DNA of 64,000 nt from an uncultured delta proteobacterium. GTDB taxonomy: Bacteria > Myxococcota > Kuafuiibacteriia > Kuafuiibacteriales > Kuafuiibacteriaceae. Positions 47,463 through 59,637 of the stretch are shown one piece after another (position 1 is the stretch's first letter; each line of letters opens with the position of its first letter). The stretch is taken from NCBI GenBank assembly GCA_963803435.1, contig CAWDML010000009.1:992001-1056000 (forward strand), in the 5' to 3' direction. The notes under the pieces are model-generated. The model was given only the letters and a program-made list of their open reading frames with translations, did no database searches and was not told the origin of the DNA. The translations under genes were made by a program, and so were the position numbers.

Positions 47463-49904
47463 GTGGAGCCCACCGCCGACAGGAACCCAGGCCCGGGCGC
47501 CGACCTCAGCACCCGCGAGCTCCTCGAGATGGGGTGCGGCCGCCAGATCGGCCGCTACACGCTGCTCCGGCGGATCGCCGCCGGCGGGATGGCCGAGGTC
47601 TACAGCGCGTATTCGCCGGGCTTGATGGCGGGCTTCGAGAAGAAGGTCGCGATCAAGAAGATCCTTCCGCAGCACTCTCACAACGAGCGCTTCATCGACA
47701 TGCTGGTCGACGAAGCCAAGATCACCGTCTCGCTGACCCATCCCAACATCGCGCAGGTCTACGAGCTCGGCCTCGACGGTGAGGACTACTTCATCGTGAT
47801 GGAGTTCGTCGACGGACGCCCGCTCAACCGGCTCATGCAGCGCGTCGACGAGCGCGGTCTCAATGTCATACCGGTCGAGTTCTGCGCACACGTGATGGCC
47901 GAGATCGCGAAGGGGCTCGAGCACGCGCACAACCAGAAGGACCAGCGCGGGCGGGCCCTCGGGATCGTTCACCGCGACGTCTCGCCGCAGAACGTGCTGA
48001 TCTCGTTCGTCGGCGACGTCAAGCTGATCGACTTCGGGATCGCGCGTGCCGAGGGCCGCGTGAACCAGACCAGCCACGGCGTCATCAAGGGCAAGCTCCG
48101 CTACCTGGCCCCCGAGATCGCGGCGGGCGACGAGCCCGACCAACGCGCCGACATCTTCTGCTGCGGGATCGTCCTGTTCGAGATGCTCACTGGTGAGGCG
48201 ATGTTCGCGCCCAAGACGGACCTCGAGGCGATCGAGCTGGCGACGCAGGCGCGCGTGAAGTCGCCCCGCTCGCGCAACCCGAAGGTGCCGCAGGATCTCG
48301 ACGACATCGTGATGAAGGCGCTCCGCCGTGATCGCGAGGAGCGGTACCAGAGCGCCAAGGACCTCTACCGGGACCTCCGGCGCTTCCTCAACCAGCACGA
48401 TCCTTCCTTCGTCGGCAGCGAGCTCGGCGACTTCATGGCCCAGATGTTCGAGCGGGAGATCGGCGACGATCAGCGCCTCGACACCATCGCCGAGCGCGTC
48501 GCCATGAAGCGCAGCGGGACGCTCGACGAGGATCCGGAGGAGGATCCCACGCTCCACGCCACGCCGGGAGCCCTGATCGGCGGTGATCGCGGATATAAGC
48601 AGCTCGTCACCCGGCTGGGGATCCCGATCGGTGACGAGAAGTTCCGGCTGGCCGGCGCGGACGGCGGACGTCCGATGTCGATCGTGGTGGACGACAACTC
48701 CGATCGACCGTTGATCCGGGACGGCTCCGCTGCGCCGCCGCTCGGGACGCTGCCGCCGCAGACCGAGCGCGACCCGGAGTACGTCTCTCCGGCGGAGCCC
48801 ACCGTCAAAGCCGACAATCCGTTCGTCAACTCGGGCCCGAGCGTGGTGCCCACGGTGATGGAGGCGGCGCCAGAGACGTTGGTCCCTGACTCCCTGACCC
48901 CGGACCTGACCGACACCCGGGACGAGTCGAGCGACTCGAACGATCAGAACGGCACGCTCAAGGCCGGGGTCCACCAGCGGACCCAATCACTCCACGTCTG
49001 GGAGGGACGCTCGAGCGAGGTCGTGATCCCGAACGATCCGACCTACCGGAACGCGCTCACGGGGCCCAACGTGCTCCCCCGGCGGGGGCCCAACCTGGCG
49101 TACGTCGTCACGTTCGGCGCGATCGTGCTCGCGCTGGGTGCGACGGCCTGGTTGATCGCGCCGGAGTCGGAGGAGGAGAAGGTGGTGATCGCGCCGCAGG
49201 TCGATCCGGCGATCCAGCTGCCGCCGATCGCGATCGATCAGGACAAGGCGATGGCCGCGCCCAAGGATGCGGCGCAGATCCACCTCGCCGTGGCCCCGGA
49301 GGGTGTCCCGGTCACCGTCACCGTCGATGGGCTCACCAAGGCCAGCCAGGAGCACACGCCGCTGGATCTGGGGCCGTTCACTCCGGAGAGCCTCCACGCG
49401 ATCGTGGTCAGCGCCGACGGCTACGTGACGCGCGAGCTCAAACGCGTCCTCGGCCCGGGCACCAACACGATCGAGCTCAAGCTCGAGCCGGCGCTGGGTA
49501 CGATCCGCCTCCGCGGGATCCGCGACGGCAGGGTCGAGATCAGCCTGGGGCAGCTCGAGCGCGACCGGATCGTCGACATCCCCCTCGACTCGAAGGTCAG
49601 GATCAGCGTCGACTGGCCCGGCGCCAGGCCGTACGTCACCAGCGTCGACGTCAAGACGCTCGACGAGATCACCGTCAACGTCCCCCCGCCGCGCCGGCTG
49701 GCCAAGGGCACGTTGATCATCAACTCCCGGCCCATGAGCGACGTGTACGTCGATCACAAGTGGGTCGGTAAGACGCCGAGACGCGTTCGACTCCCCGCCG
49801 GGACCCACCGCGTCCTGCTGAAGAGCCCGGACGGGCGGACGATGGGCTTCAGCCGAAAGATCAACCCGGGAAAGAAGACCACGTTCACCTATCAGTGGCG
49901 TTGA
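47463..49904 (+). CDS. Membrane Ser/Thr protein kinase with extracytoplasmic PEGA domains
   Basis: GGMAEVY, VAIKK, HRDVSPQN, DFG, YLAPE; TM at about aa 545-565; PEGA at the C-terminus. Confidence 0.93.
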   Translation: MEPTADRNPGPGADLSTRELLEMGCGRQIGRYTLLRRIAAGGMAEVYSAYSPGLMAGFEKKVAIKKILPQHSHNERFIDMLVDEAKITVSLTHPNIAQVYELGLDGEDYFIVMEFVDGRPLNRLMQRVDERGLNVIPVEFCAHVMAEIAKGLEHAHNQKDQRGRALGIVHRDVSPQNVLISFVGDVKLIDFGIARAEGRVNQTSHGVIKGKLRYLAPEIAAGDEPDQRADIFCCGIVLFEMLTGEAMFAPKTDLEAIELATQARVKSPRSRNPKVPQDLDDIVMKALRRDREERYQSAKDLYRDLRRFLNQHDPSFVGSELGDFMAQMFEREIGDDQRLDTIAERVAMKRSGTLDEDPEEDPTLHATPGALIGGDRGYKQLVTRLGIPIGDEKFRLAGADGGRPMSIVVDDNSDRPLIRDGSAAPPLGTLPPQTERDPEYVSPAEPTVKADNPFVNSGPSVVPTVMEAAPETLVPDSLTPDLTDTRDESSDSNDQNGTLKAGVHQRTQSLHVWEGRSSEVVIPNDPTYRNALTGPNVLPRRGPNLAYVVTFGAIVLALGATAWLIAPESEEEKVVIAPQVDPAIQLPPIAIDQDKAMAAPKDAAQIHLAVAPEGVPVTVTVDGLTKASQEHTPLDLGPFTPESLHAIVVSADGYVTRELKRVLGPGTNTIELKLEPALGTIRLRGIRDGRVEISLGQLERDRIVDIPLDSKVRISVDWPGARPYVTSVDVKTLDEITVNVPPPRRLAKGTLIINSRPMSDVYVDHKWVGKTPRRVRLPAGTHRVLLKSPDGRTMGFSRKINPGKKTTFTYQWR

Positions 49905-49922
49905 GGTATGTACGGGGCCAGC

Positions 49923-50339
49923 ATGAAGCGGATCGCGGCTCTCGCCCTGGCCCTCCTCGGAAGCGCTGCTTGCGGCGACATCGGGAACGTTCGAGTGAAC
50001 CTCGAGTTTCCGGACGAGGAGACCGAGTTGAGGACGCGCGCGCTCCTCTTCGTCGTGCGCGAGGTACCGAAGGACCGCGGCGGCTGCGAGGACCTGTGGC
50101 GGGACATGCAGCCGAGCGGGCTCGGTGAGCTGCGCACCGTGGTCGAGTATCCGAACCGCAACGACGTCGTGGGTGCGCCGGTCAAGCTCTCGGAGTATCC
50201 CGCGCTGACGCTCCTCGTGTACGCCCATCCCTCCCGCGACGTCACCACGTCGACGCCGATCGCCGGCGGCTGCACCGAGACGGCGATCGACGCCGAGTCG
50301 ACGCAGGAGGTGACGGTCGCGCTCGAGGCCAAGCCTTAG
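49923..50339 (+). CDS. Hypothetical lipoprotein
   Basis: MKRIAALALALLGSAAC lipobox. Confidence 0.7.
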   Translation: MKRIAALALALLGSAACGDIGNVRVNLEFPDEETELRTRALLFVVREVPKDRGGCEDLWRDMQPSGLGELRTVVEYPNRNDVVGAPVKLSEYPALTLLVYAHPSRDVTTSTPIAGGCTETAIDAESTQEVTVALEAKP

Positions 50340-50362
50340 AAGACTCCGCGGGCGAAGCAAGC

Positions 50363-52000
50363 TCAGTCTCTCTTGAACAGCTTCGAGAACGCTGACTTGC
50401 CCTTGTCGTCCCGCTTCGCCTTCTTGTCGGCGCGCATGTCGATGAGGCGGAGCTCGCGCTGGGCGTCGGCGTGCTTTCGGTCGAGCCGGATGGCCTCGCG
50501 GAAGTGGTGCTCCGCCTCCTTCGCGTTGCCGCGTGCCTTCAAGATCTGACCGACGATGTAGTGCGACTGGGCGTCGAGGCTCTTGGTGCCGAGCGCGTCG
50601 ACGATCAGCTCGTAGCCCTTCGCCAGCGCCTTCTCCTTGTCGAAGTCGGGATCAGAGAACATCGCCCAGGCCAGGTTCGCCTTGTACGTCCCACTGCTCG
50701 GATCGGCCTCGACTGCGAACTTGAAGAACTCGCGCGCCTTCTGGAAGTCCCTCTTCTTGAGCATGACCGCGCCCATCTTCGACTTGGTCTCGGCGTCGCG
50801 GATCAGCTCGGCCTTGCGCGCGTCGCCCTTGATCCGATCATCGGCCAACAGGGCCGAGTATTCGGCGCGACGTTTGTCGTCCGAGATCGTGTTGTACGCC
50901 TCGTTGAGGAAGGCCGAGACCTCGCGGGTCATGGTCTTCACGTCATCCGGCAGCTCGGACGGGAAGGCGTCGGGATGGAACTTCTTGGCCAGGATGGTGA
51001 AGTTCTTCCTGAGCAGCGTCGAGTCGATCGCGCTCGACACGCGCAGATCGAAGAGCTCGAAGTGGTTCTTCTTCTTCATGGAGGCGTGGAACTCCCGCAC
51101 CTCCTTCACGATCGGCAGCGGCTCGGCGCGCGAGGCGGCTCGTGCCTTGGGCGGAGCCGGCTTCGCCTCTACCTGCGGGGGTGCCGGCGATTCGTACGCC
51201 AGGCTCGAGACCGGGAGGCCGCCTTTGAGGAGCGTGGCCTTCGGGATCGGGATCGCCCGCGCGATCGGTTCGAGCTGAAGCGCGTCCTCCATCGCCAAGA
51301 GCCGTAGGATCGCGCGGACCAGCTTGCGATTGCCGACCGCGCGCTCGAGCTGATCGGGCTTCCTCGGCTTGTCGAGGTACTTGAGGACCTTGCGCGCGGT
51401 GTCGTCGAGCGCGAAGCCCTCGAGCTTCGACGTGTCTTTCGCCAGCTTCACAGCGCGGCCCAGCATCAGATCGCTGGCGGCGCGCAGCTCTCGATCGGAG
51501 GCGTGGATCAAGCCTTGTAACAGCACCGGCCACGGATCGATCGGGACGCCGATCTGGAAGATGCGTGCGTCCTTGCCCGGCGCGCTCCTCCAGGTGCCCT
51601 CCGGCAGCGCGAACAGCTCGAGCAGGCGCGCGCGCGTCTGCGTCTGCATCGCACGCTTGACCGTGGCCGGATCGAGGTTCGCCTCGTGAACCAGGACGGC
51701 GCCGAGCAACGGTCGCGGCGACTCGCTCTGCTGGCGCTGCACGGCGTTGCTCACGTGTGACTGGGCCACCTGCCCGTCGCGGAGGAGGATCTCGCCGAGA
51801 TAGTGACCCGAATAGCCCGGACCGCTCGCGTGTACCGGTCGTCCGCCGTCGAAGAAGATCGCACGATCGGGACCGTTCGAGACCAGGATGCCTCCCGTGA
51901 ACTCTCCGGAAACCGCCGCGCGGTAGAGATCCGAGAACCACCAGCTCCGGTTCTTGCCGATCTCTCCCGCGTTCGCGATGGAGAAGTCGATCAGCGTCAT
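50363..52000 (-). CDS. DUF4388-like / J-domain / TPR protein
   Basis: N-terminal FTGGIL..IFFDGG.PV and LGEIL; J-domain with AKKFHPD; C-terminal TPRs. Confidence 0.85.
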   Translation of the reverse strand: MTLIDFSIANAGEIGKNRSWWFSDLYRAAVSGEFTGGILVSNGPDRAIFFDGGRPVHASGPGYSGHYLGEILLRDGQVAQSHVSNAVQRQQSESPRPLLGAVLVHEANLDPATVKRAMQTQTRARLLELFALPEGTWRSAPGKDARIFQIGVPIDPWPVLLQGLIHASDRELRAASDLMLGRAVKLAKDTSKLEGFALDDTARKVLKYLDKPRKPDQLERAVGNRKLVRAILRLLAMEDALQLEPIARAIPIPKATLLKGGLPVSSLAYESPAPPQVEAKPAPPKARAASRAEPLPIVKEVREFHASMKKKNHFELFDLRVSSAIDSTLLRKNFTILAKKFHPDAFPSELPDDVKTMTREVSAFLNEAYNTISDDKRRAEYSALLADDRIKGDARKAELIRDAETKSKMGAVMLKKRDFQKAREFFKFAVEADPSSGTYKANLAWAMFSDPDFDKEKALAKGYELIVDALGTKSLDAQSHYIVGQILKARGNAKEAEHHFREAIRLDRKHADAQRELRLIDMRADKKAKRDDKGKSAFSKLFKRD

Positions 52001-52017
52001 CCCGGGATCATCTTACA

Positions 52018-52797
52018 TCACTGCACGCAAATCCCGAGATCTGCCCCGGTGATGGGATCCACGTTGGAACGCGCGATCAAGCAGCTCTCGCCGGCACCCT
52101 GACAGGGCGTGCCCGGAACGCAGATCGGCCAGCATCGAAGCTGCTCGGCCGTGCTGCCCAGCTGTTTTGCGCAGACCATGGGACGCCCGATTTCGTCGGT
52201 CTTCTGGCACATGTTCTTCGAATCGCAGATCTCGGTGCGCGCCCGCGGGCCCGCGTCGACGCACGCAGTGAAGCTCTCGGTGCCGATCGGGTGGCAGACC
52301 TGGCCCGACGAACACGGCAAAGGGTTCGTCTGGAAGACGTCGCAGGTGGTGAAACAGACGCCCGCGCCGTTGAAGTTGCCGCACATCTGGGTCGCGGCGC
52401 AGTTCTGGATCAGCGCGTCGCACACGCCTTCGGAGCAGACACCGGTGCCGTCGGGGAGCGGCCAGCAGGTGGTGGTCGGCGGACAGACCAGGTTCAGCTC
52501 GGAGGACGCGGAGGGGGTCGCGTAGTTCACGGGCGTACACTTCGGCAGACACCGGGAGCCGCGCCCGTTGACGTCGACGCAGATGTCGTTGTCGGTCGGG
52601 CAGAGCTCGTCGCCGCCGAGGGGCGTGTCGGTGGGACAGCTCTTGAAGCGATCCACGCTGCGGGTGGCGGCGCAGCGATTCGAGGCTTCGAGGCAGACGT
52701 GCTCCGGGTCGCAGGGGCAGGGCAGATCGTCGACGTTGTCGAAGTCGAGGATGAAGCTGCAGCCCGAGAGGAGCATCAGCGGGAGGAGGCGCCACAT
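52018..52797 (-). CDS. Cys-rich repeat lipoprotein
   Basis: Lipobox LSGC; many short disulfide modules. Confidence 0.8.
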   Translation of the reverse strand: MWRLLPLMLLSGCSFILDFDNVDDLPCPCDPEHVCLEASNRCAATRSVDRFKSCPTDTPLGGDELCPTDNDICVDVNGRGSRCLPKCTPVNYATPSASSELNLVCPPTTTCWPLPDGTGVCSEGVCDALIQNCAATQMCGNFNGAGVCFTTCDVFQTNPLPCSSGQVCHPIGTESFTACVDAGPRARTEICDSKNMCQKTDEIGRPMVCAKQLGSTAEQLRCWPICVPGTPCQGAGESCLIARSNVDPITGADLGICVQ

Positions 52798-54384
52798 CTA
52801 GAACCTGCCTCCGACCGCCACGGCGCCGCCGCCGTCGATCGGCGCGATCGTCGCCCGGAGCGAACGCAGGATCCCGGCGGAGGGCTCGGCGTCCGGCGGG
52901 TTGTCCGCGCGCAGAACGTCGGCGGCGGTCGGCCGCTTGTACAGCTCGATCAGGAGGATCGTGGCGCCACCGATGGCGAAGAGCCCGCCGCCCAGATAGC
53001 TCAGATCCGCAGCCAGCGACCAGGTCTGGCCGGTGTTGCGCAGCGACGGCAGGTCGGGGCTCGCCTGCTGCGTCAGGCGGAAGTCGTCGTAGGTCGCCTT
53101 GGCGAGGCCGCCGAACACGGCGCCCAGGATGACGCCGGCGGCGCCCACGCCCACCAGCGTCCATCCGAGATACACGGTCGCCGGGGTGCCCTGATCGCGG
53201 GCCGGCGGCGGCGGGTTCGTCACGCTCACCGGGGGCGGCAGATTCCCACCCGAGCCGGATCCCGAGCCGCCCAGGCCGAACGCACCGCCGCTTCCGCCGG
53301 GCGGCGGCGGCGCACCGGTCGCGGGCTTGCCGGTCTCGGCCGCCTTCAAAAGCCGCGACATCAGGTCATCGAGGCCCTTGCCGAACACTGGCGAGTCGAT
53401 CGAGAGGACGGCCCGCTCCGTCGCGACCCGTACGCCGGTGGCCGCGTCGAAGACCGCGCCGGTGAAGGTGGCGTCCGATCCGCTCTGGGTCACCGACACG
53501 AATACCAGGGTGTCGGCCACCAGCTCGCGCACCAGCTGGCGCAGCGCGCCACCCATACCGTCAGCCAGCACTTCCTCCGCGCACCGCGCCGTCAGATCGC
53601 GGAGCTCGGCGCCGCGCTTGATGCTGGAGAGGCGGGTCTGGCTGGTGATCTGCTGGTTGGCCGAGATCTCGAGCGGCGCGCCGTGCACCGTGTAGCCGAC
53701 CTTCTCGATCCGGAGGTAGTGCGTGCCCGCGACCAGATCGGTCAGCGTCACCGGAGTGACGCCCTCGAAGCGACCGTCGAGGTAGACGGCCGCGTAGGGC
53801 GGGGTGGAGTAGATCTCCACGCTCCCCGACGCGAGCTTCTCGATCTTCTGGGTGGCGCGGTCGTACACCGTCGCCACCGTGGGAGGGAATCCTTCGAGCG
53901 GATGGGTCGGATCGATCGTCAGCAGCTCGATGAACGTGCTCTCGCCCTCGTCCGGGCTGCCGCGCAGGACCAGCGCGGAGCCGAGGTAGGCGAGCGCCGT
54001 CTTCAGCTCCTCGAGATCGCCGACGAGCGGCCCGGTCTGCTGATAGAGGCTCACCGATTGGCCGAGCCGTGCGATCGATTGATCGAGCGACATGGCGTCG
54101 TAGGTCCGGCGCCCGTCGGCCAGGGCGGCGCGGGCCCGCTCGAGGGTCTCCTCCTCGCGGGTGCGCGGATCACCGGACAAGACCCGGGCCGGCTCGATCA
54201 GGCGCAGCTTCTCCGCGCCTCTCACACGCGCGAGCAGAAGGGCGTCGGCGGTCGCGGCCGCGCGTTGGCCGGAAGGATCGCGCGCCACCGCAAACGCTGC
54301 GGTCGCCTGGATCTCCTGGGATGCCTGAGCGGAACGCGCACTCGCGATCATCACGGCGATCAAGACCGCCTCCCGATGATGCAT
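52798..54384 (-). CDS. PEGA-domain protein with TPR-like helices and Gly-rich C-terminal helices
   Basis: STPPYAAVYLDG..G.TP..L..G.HYLRIEK.GY; ends AVAVGGRF. Confidence 0.8.
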   Translation of the reverse strand: MHHREAVLIAVMIASARSAQASQEIQATAAFAVARDPSGQRAAATADALLLARVRGAEKLRLIEPARVLSGDPRTREEETLERARAALADGRRTYDAMSLDQSIARLGQSVSLYQQTGPLVGDLEELKTALAYLGSALVLRGSPDEGESTFIELLTIDPTHPLEGFPPTVATVYDRATQKIEKLASGSVEIYSTPPYAAVYLDGRFEGVTPVTLTDLVAGTHYLRIEKVGYTVHGAPLEISANQQITSQTRLSSIKRGAELRDLTARCAEEVLADGMGGALRQLVRELVADTLVFVSVTQSGSDATFTGAVFDAATGVRVATERAVLSIDSPVFGKGLDDLMSRLLKAAETGKPATGAPPPPGGSGGAFGLGGSGSGSGGNLPPPVSVTNPPPPARDQGTPATVYLGWTLVGVGAAGVILGAVFGGLAKATYDDFRLTQQASPDLPSLRNTGQTWSLAADLSYLGGGLFAIGGATILLIELYKRPTAADVLRADNPPDAEPSAGILRSLRATIAPIDGGGAVAVGGRF

Positions 54385-54435
54385 CCGGGGGAGGCTATCA
54401 TTCGCCGGCGGCCCGTTGCTACCATCAGATCCGCC

Positions 54436-55209
54436 GTGCGCTTCCTTTTGGGCCTCTCTGCAGTGTTTCTGGTCACCGGAAGCACGCCCGCGTTCGCGCG
54501 GCCCCTGACCATGCGGGGCGCGGAGCGCGCGATCGATCTGGGCCTCGACGCTGAGCTGGCCGGCGATGCCGCGGGCGCCGAACGCGCGCTCCTCGAGGTG
54601 ATCGGCACCGCCACCACGGCCGAGGAGCTGGCGCCCAAGGAGCGGATCGAAGCGTTCATGCGGTCGATGAAGACGCGGCAGCAGGCGTTCTCGCAGCATG
54701 GGAAGACCGCTCGGGCGTACGCCGCCGCGTTCGACACCATGCGCCCCTTCGGGCTGGAGCGCGCCGAGCGCCTCTGGTCGAAGGCCGCCGCGGATCTCCC
54801 TCTGCTCGGCGAGCTGGGCGCTCCGAAGGTCGCGGTCCGGCTGGAGCTGGTGAAGGGTGTGGATCAGAAGGCCGCTGCGCGGCAGCTCGAGCGGACCATG
54901 AGGAAGTATGGGATCACGCTCGCCGAGGAGAAGAGCGCGCGCTTCCTGGTGCGCGTCAACCTCGACGCCACCGGTGTGAAGCGCGATCTGCGGGGGGTCG
55001 AGGTCTTCGCCGAGGCCACCGCGGTGGTGAGCGATCGGACCCAGCCGAAGCGCGCGGCCGGGACGTTGTCGAAGCTCCGCTCGGAGCGCCGCCGGCAGGA
55101 GACCGACGCGCGGCGCTTCGCCCTGTACCGCGTGCTGGAGGACGTGGGTCGACGCGTGGTCTTCACCGTGCGTGCGCGGCTCCTCGAGGACGCGGAGCCG
55201 CCTACATGA
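54436..55209 (+). CDS. Hypothetical exported protein
   Basis: GTG start, signal peptide ending PAFA, coding-like codon bias. Confidence 0.6.
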   Translation: MRFLLGLSAVFLVTGSTPAFARPLTMRGAERAIDLGLDAELAGDAAGAERALLEVIGTATTAEELAPKERIEAFMRSMKTRQQAFSQHGKTARAYAAAFDTMRPFGLERAERLWSKAAADLPLLGELGAPKVAVRLELVKGVDQKAAARQLERTMRKYGITLAEEKSARFLVRVNLDATGVKRDLRGVEVFAEATAVVSDRTQPKRAAGTLSKLRSERRRQETDARRFALYRVLEDVGRRVVFTVRARLLEDAEPPT

Positions 55210-55265
55210 TCCGACACTTCCCGCTGCTTTGACAGCTGCCTTGAAGTGCGCTCCTTTGATGAGAG

Positions 55266-57215
<1,950 letters not shown>

Positions 57216-57219
<4 letters not shown>

Positions 57220-58181
57220 GCCACGACGCCCAAGCGATGCTCCTGGCGGCGGGTCTCGGCACGCGGCTCTGGCCGTTGACCGCCGATCGCGCCAAACCGG
57301 CCGTCCCGTTCATGGGTCGCCCGCTGATCGCTGGGATCGTCGATCTACTGGCGGCGCACGGCTTCTCGCGCGCGGTGGTCAACACGCATCACCGCCCCGA
57401 GTCGATCCACGAGGCGCTCGCGGGCGCACCGATCGAGATCGCGTTCAGCCACGAGACCGAGATCCTCGGCACCGCGGGTTGCCTCGAGCGGGCGGTGCAC
57501 GACGGCCTGCTCGATCGCGAACGGCCGACGCTGATCGTCAACGCGAAGCTTTACACGGACATCGACCTGACCGCAGTGCTCGCGTCGCATGGCGCGTCGG
57601 GCGCCGCCGTGACCATGGTGTTGAAGCCGAACGCCGAGCGCGAGGCCTTCCGGGAGGTCCGGGTCGAGGGCTCGAAGGTGATCGGGTTCGGTCACACTCG
57701 GGTCCCGGAGGGCCCGGCGCCGCTCCTGTTCACCGGGATCCACGTGCTCGCGCCGGAGGTGATGGCCGCGATCCCGCCCGGCTTCTCGGACACGGTCTCC
57801 GACGTCTATCCGCCGTTCATCGCCGAGCGACGCGTGGCGGCCCACGTGGACATCGCCGGGCGCTGGTGGGAGTTCTCGACGCTGGACCGCTACCTCGAGC
57901 TGCACGCCCGGGCGGCGGCGGAGGGGTTGGGGCCGGCGGTCGTGCGCTCGCGCGGCGCCGTGGTGGCGCCGGACGCCGACGTCGACCGGGCGGTCCTGTG
58001 GGAAGACGCGCGGGTCGAGGCCGGGGCCACCGTCCGGGATTCGGTGATCGGCCGGGGCGTGACCGTCGGGGCAGGGGAGCACGTGGAGGGCGTGGCCGTC
58101 GTCGAGGCGGACGGCGCACGCTGGGTCGTCCCCATCCGAGAAAGGACCGAGAGACAACACAAAGATTCGTCGCCGTCTTGA
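57216..58181 (+). CDS. NDP-sugar pyrophosphorylase / nucleotidyltransferase
   Basis: LAAGLGTRLWPLT..RAKP, EILGTAG, C-terminal left-handed beta-helix repeats. Confidence 0.85.
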
Positions 58182-58221
58182 CTTGGATCTTGGCCGACGA
58201 AACGATGCTCGGGCGCGCGCG

Positions 58222-58987
58222 ATGAAGCTTCGATACGCAGGCCTGACGCACGTGGGCATGAAGCGAACCCACAATGAGGACAACCTGGCCTTGTTGCCCG
58301 AGGAGAGCCTGTACATCGTCGCAGACGGCATGGGGGGCCACGCGTCGGGCGAGGTCGCCAGCCAGATGGCGGTCGAGACCATCACCAGCTTCTTTCGCAT
58401 GACCACCCGCGACGAGGAGGTCACCTGGCCGTTCAAGGAGGAGAAGAACCTCCGCTACGACGAGAACCGCCTGGTCGCCGCGATCAAGTTCTCCAACCAG
58501 CGCATCTACGAGGCGGCGGCCCGCGAGGCTCGCTTCAAGGGGATGGGCACCACCATCGTCACCGCGTTCTTCACGCAGGGCGGCGCTTACCTCGGCCACG
58601 TCGGGGACTCGCGCGGCTATCGCATCCGCGACAGCGACATCGAGCAAATCACCGACGACCACTCGCTCCTCAACGACTACATCAAGGCCAACAAGCTTAC
58701 GCCCGAGGAGATCGAGAACTTCCCGCACAAGAACGTGATCGTCCGGGCGCTCGGCATGAAGGATACCGTCCAGGTCGACGTGAACCGCCTCGACCCGAAG
58801 GTCGGCGACTACTACCTCCTCTGCTCCGACGGCCTCTCGGGCATGATCTCCGACGAAGAGATCCGCGATCTCCACGATCGAGTCCGGCGATCTCGAGACG
58901 GCCTGCGAGAGCCTGGTGAACGCGGCCAACTCCGCCGGCGGCACCGACAACATCACCGTGACCATCGTCCAGTTCATGGGCGATTGA
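58222..58987 (+). CDS. PP2C-family Ser/Thr phosphatase (Stp1/Pph1-like; frameshift near 58872)
   Basis: R.HNED, VADGMGGH..GEVAS, HVGDSR.Y, LCSDGL; GGTDNIT in the shifted frame. Confidence 0.88.
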
Positions 58988-58992
58988 AGCCG

Positions 58993-59637
58993 GTGGCCAA
59001 GAGGGAGGACGATCGCGGCGAAGAGCTCGTCCGGCGCTTCCGGAGAGGAGACGAGACCGCCTTCAACGAGATCTTCCGCACGTACCGCAGCCTGGTCTAC
59101 GGGGTGCTCCATCACCTGATGCCCCACGATCCGGAGCTGGAGGACGTGGTGCAGCAAGCGTTCATCGAGGTCTTTCGCTCGCTCGACAGCTTCGAGGGCC
59201 GCTCGAAGCTCAGCTCGTGGATCGCGCGCGTCGCGCTGCACGTCGGCTACCACCACCTCCGGCGGAAGAAGAGCCGCCCGCACGACTACGATGCCGAGCG
59301 GTCGCTCCCCGAGGTCATGGATCCCTCGCCGCGCGGCGATCCCGAAGCGGCTGCCGAGCGGAACGAGGCCATCCTTCGGGTCCACGCCATCCTCGAGACC
59401 CTCCCCGAGAAGAAGCGCACCGTGTTCATCCTCAACGACCTCCAGGGTATGGCGCAGGAAGAGGTCGCGGAGGTCGTCGGCACCAACATCGCAACGGTGA
59501 GGACGCGGTTGTTTTACGCGCGCCGTGAGTTCTGGAAGAAGGCCGAGCAGGATCCCGTGCTGGCCCGCATCCTCGACGCCGGCGGCGGCGGGGTGCTCGC
59601 GCTCCAGAAGGATCTCGGCGAAGGTGGCAAAAAGTGA
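58993..59637 (+). CDS. ECF sigma-70 factor
   Basis: LEDVVQQAF, F.GRSKLSSWI, EEVAEVVG....TVRTRLFYAR. Confidence 0.88.
   Translation: MAKREDDRGEELVRRFRRGDETAFNEIFRTYRSLVYGVLHHLMPHDPELEDVVQQAFIEVFRSLDSFEGRSKLSSWIARVALHVGYHHLRRKKSRPHDYDAERSLPEVMDPSPRGDPEAAAERNEAILRVHAILETLPEKKRTVFILNDLQGMAQEEVAEVVGTNIATVRTRLFYARREFWKKAEQDPVLARILDAGGGGVLALQKDLGEGGKK

Noticed and set aside
58183-59637. Apparent PP2C phosphatase-ECF sigma fusion in the ORF track
   Set aside because: An extra base near 58872 shifts the frame. The true PP2C end (GGTDNITV...MGD stop at 58987) is in the other frame, and the sigma has its own GTG at 58993.
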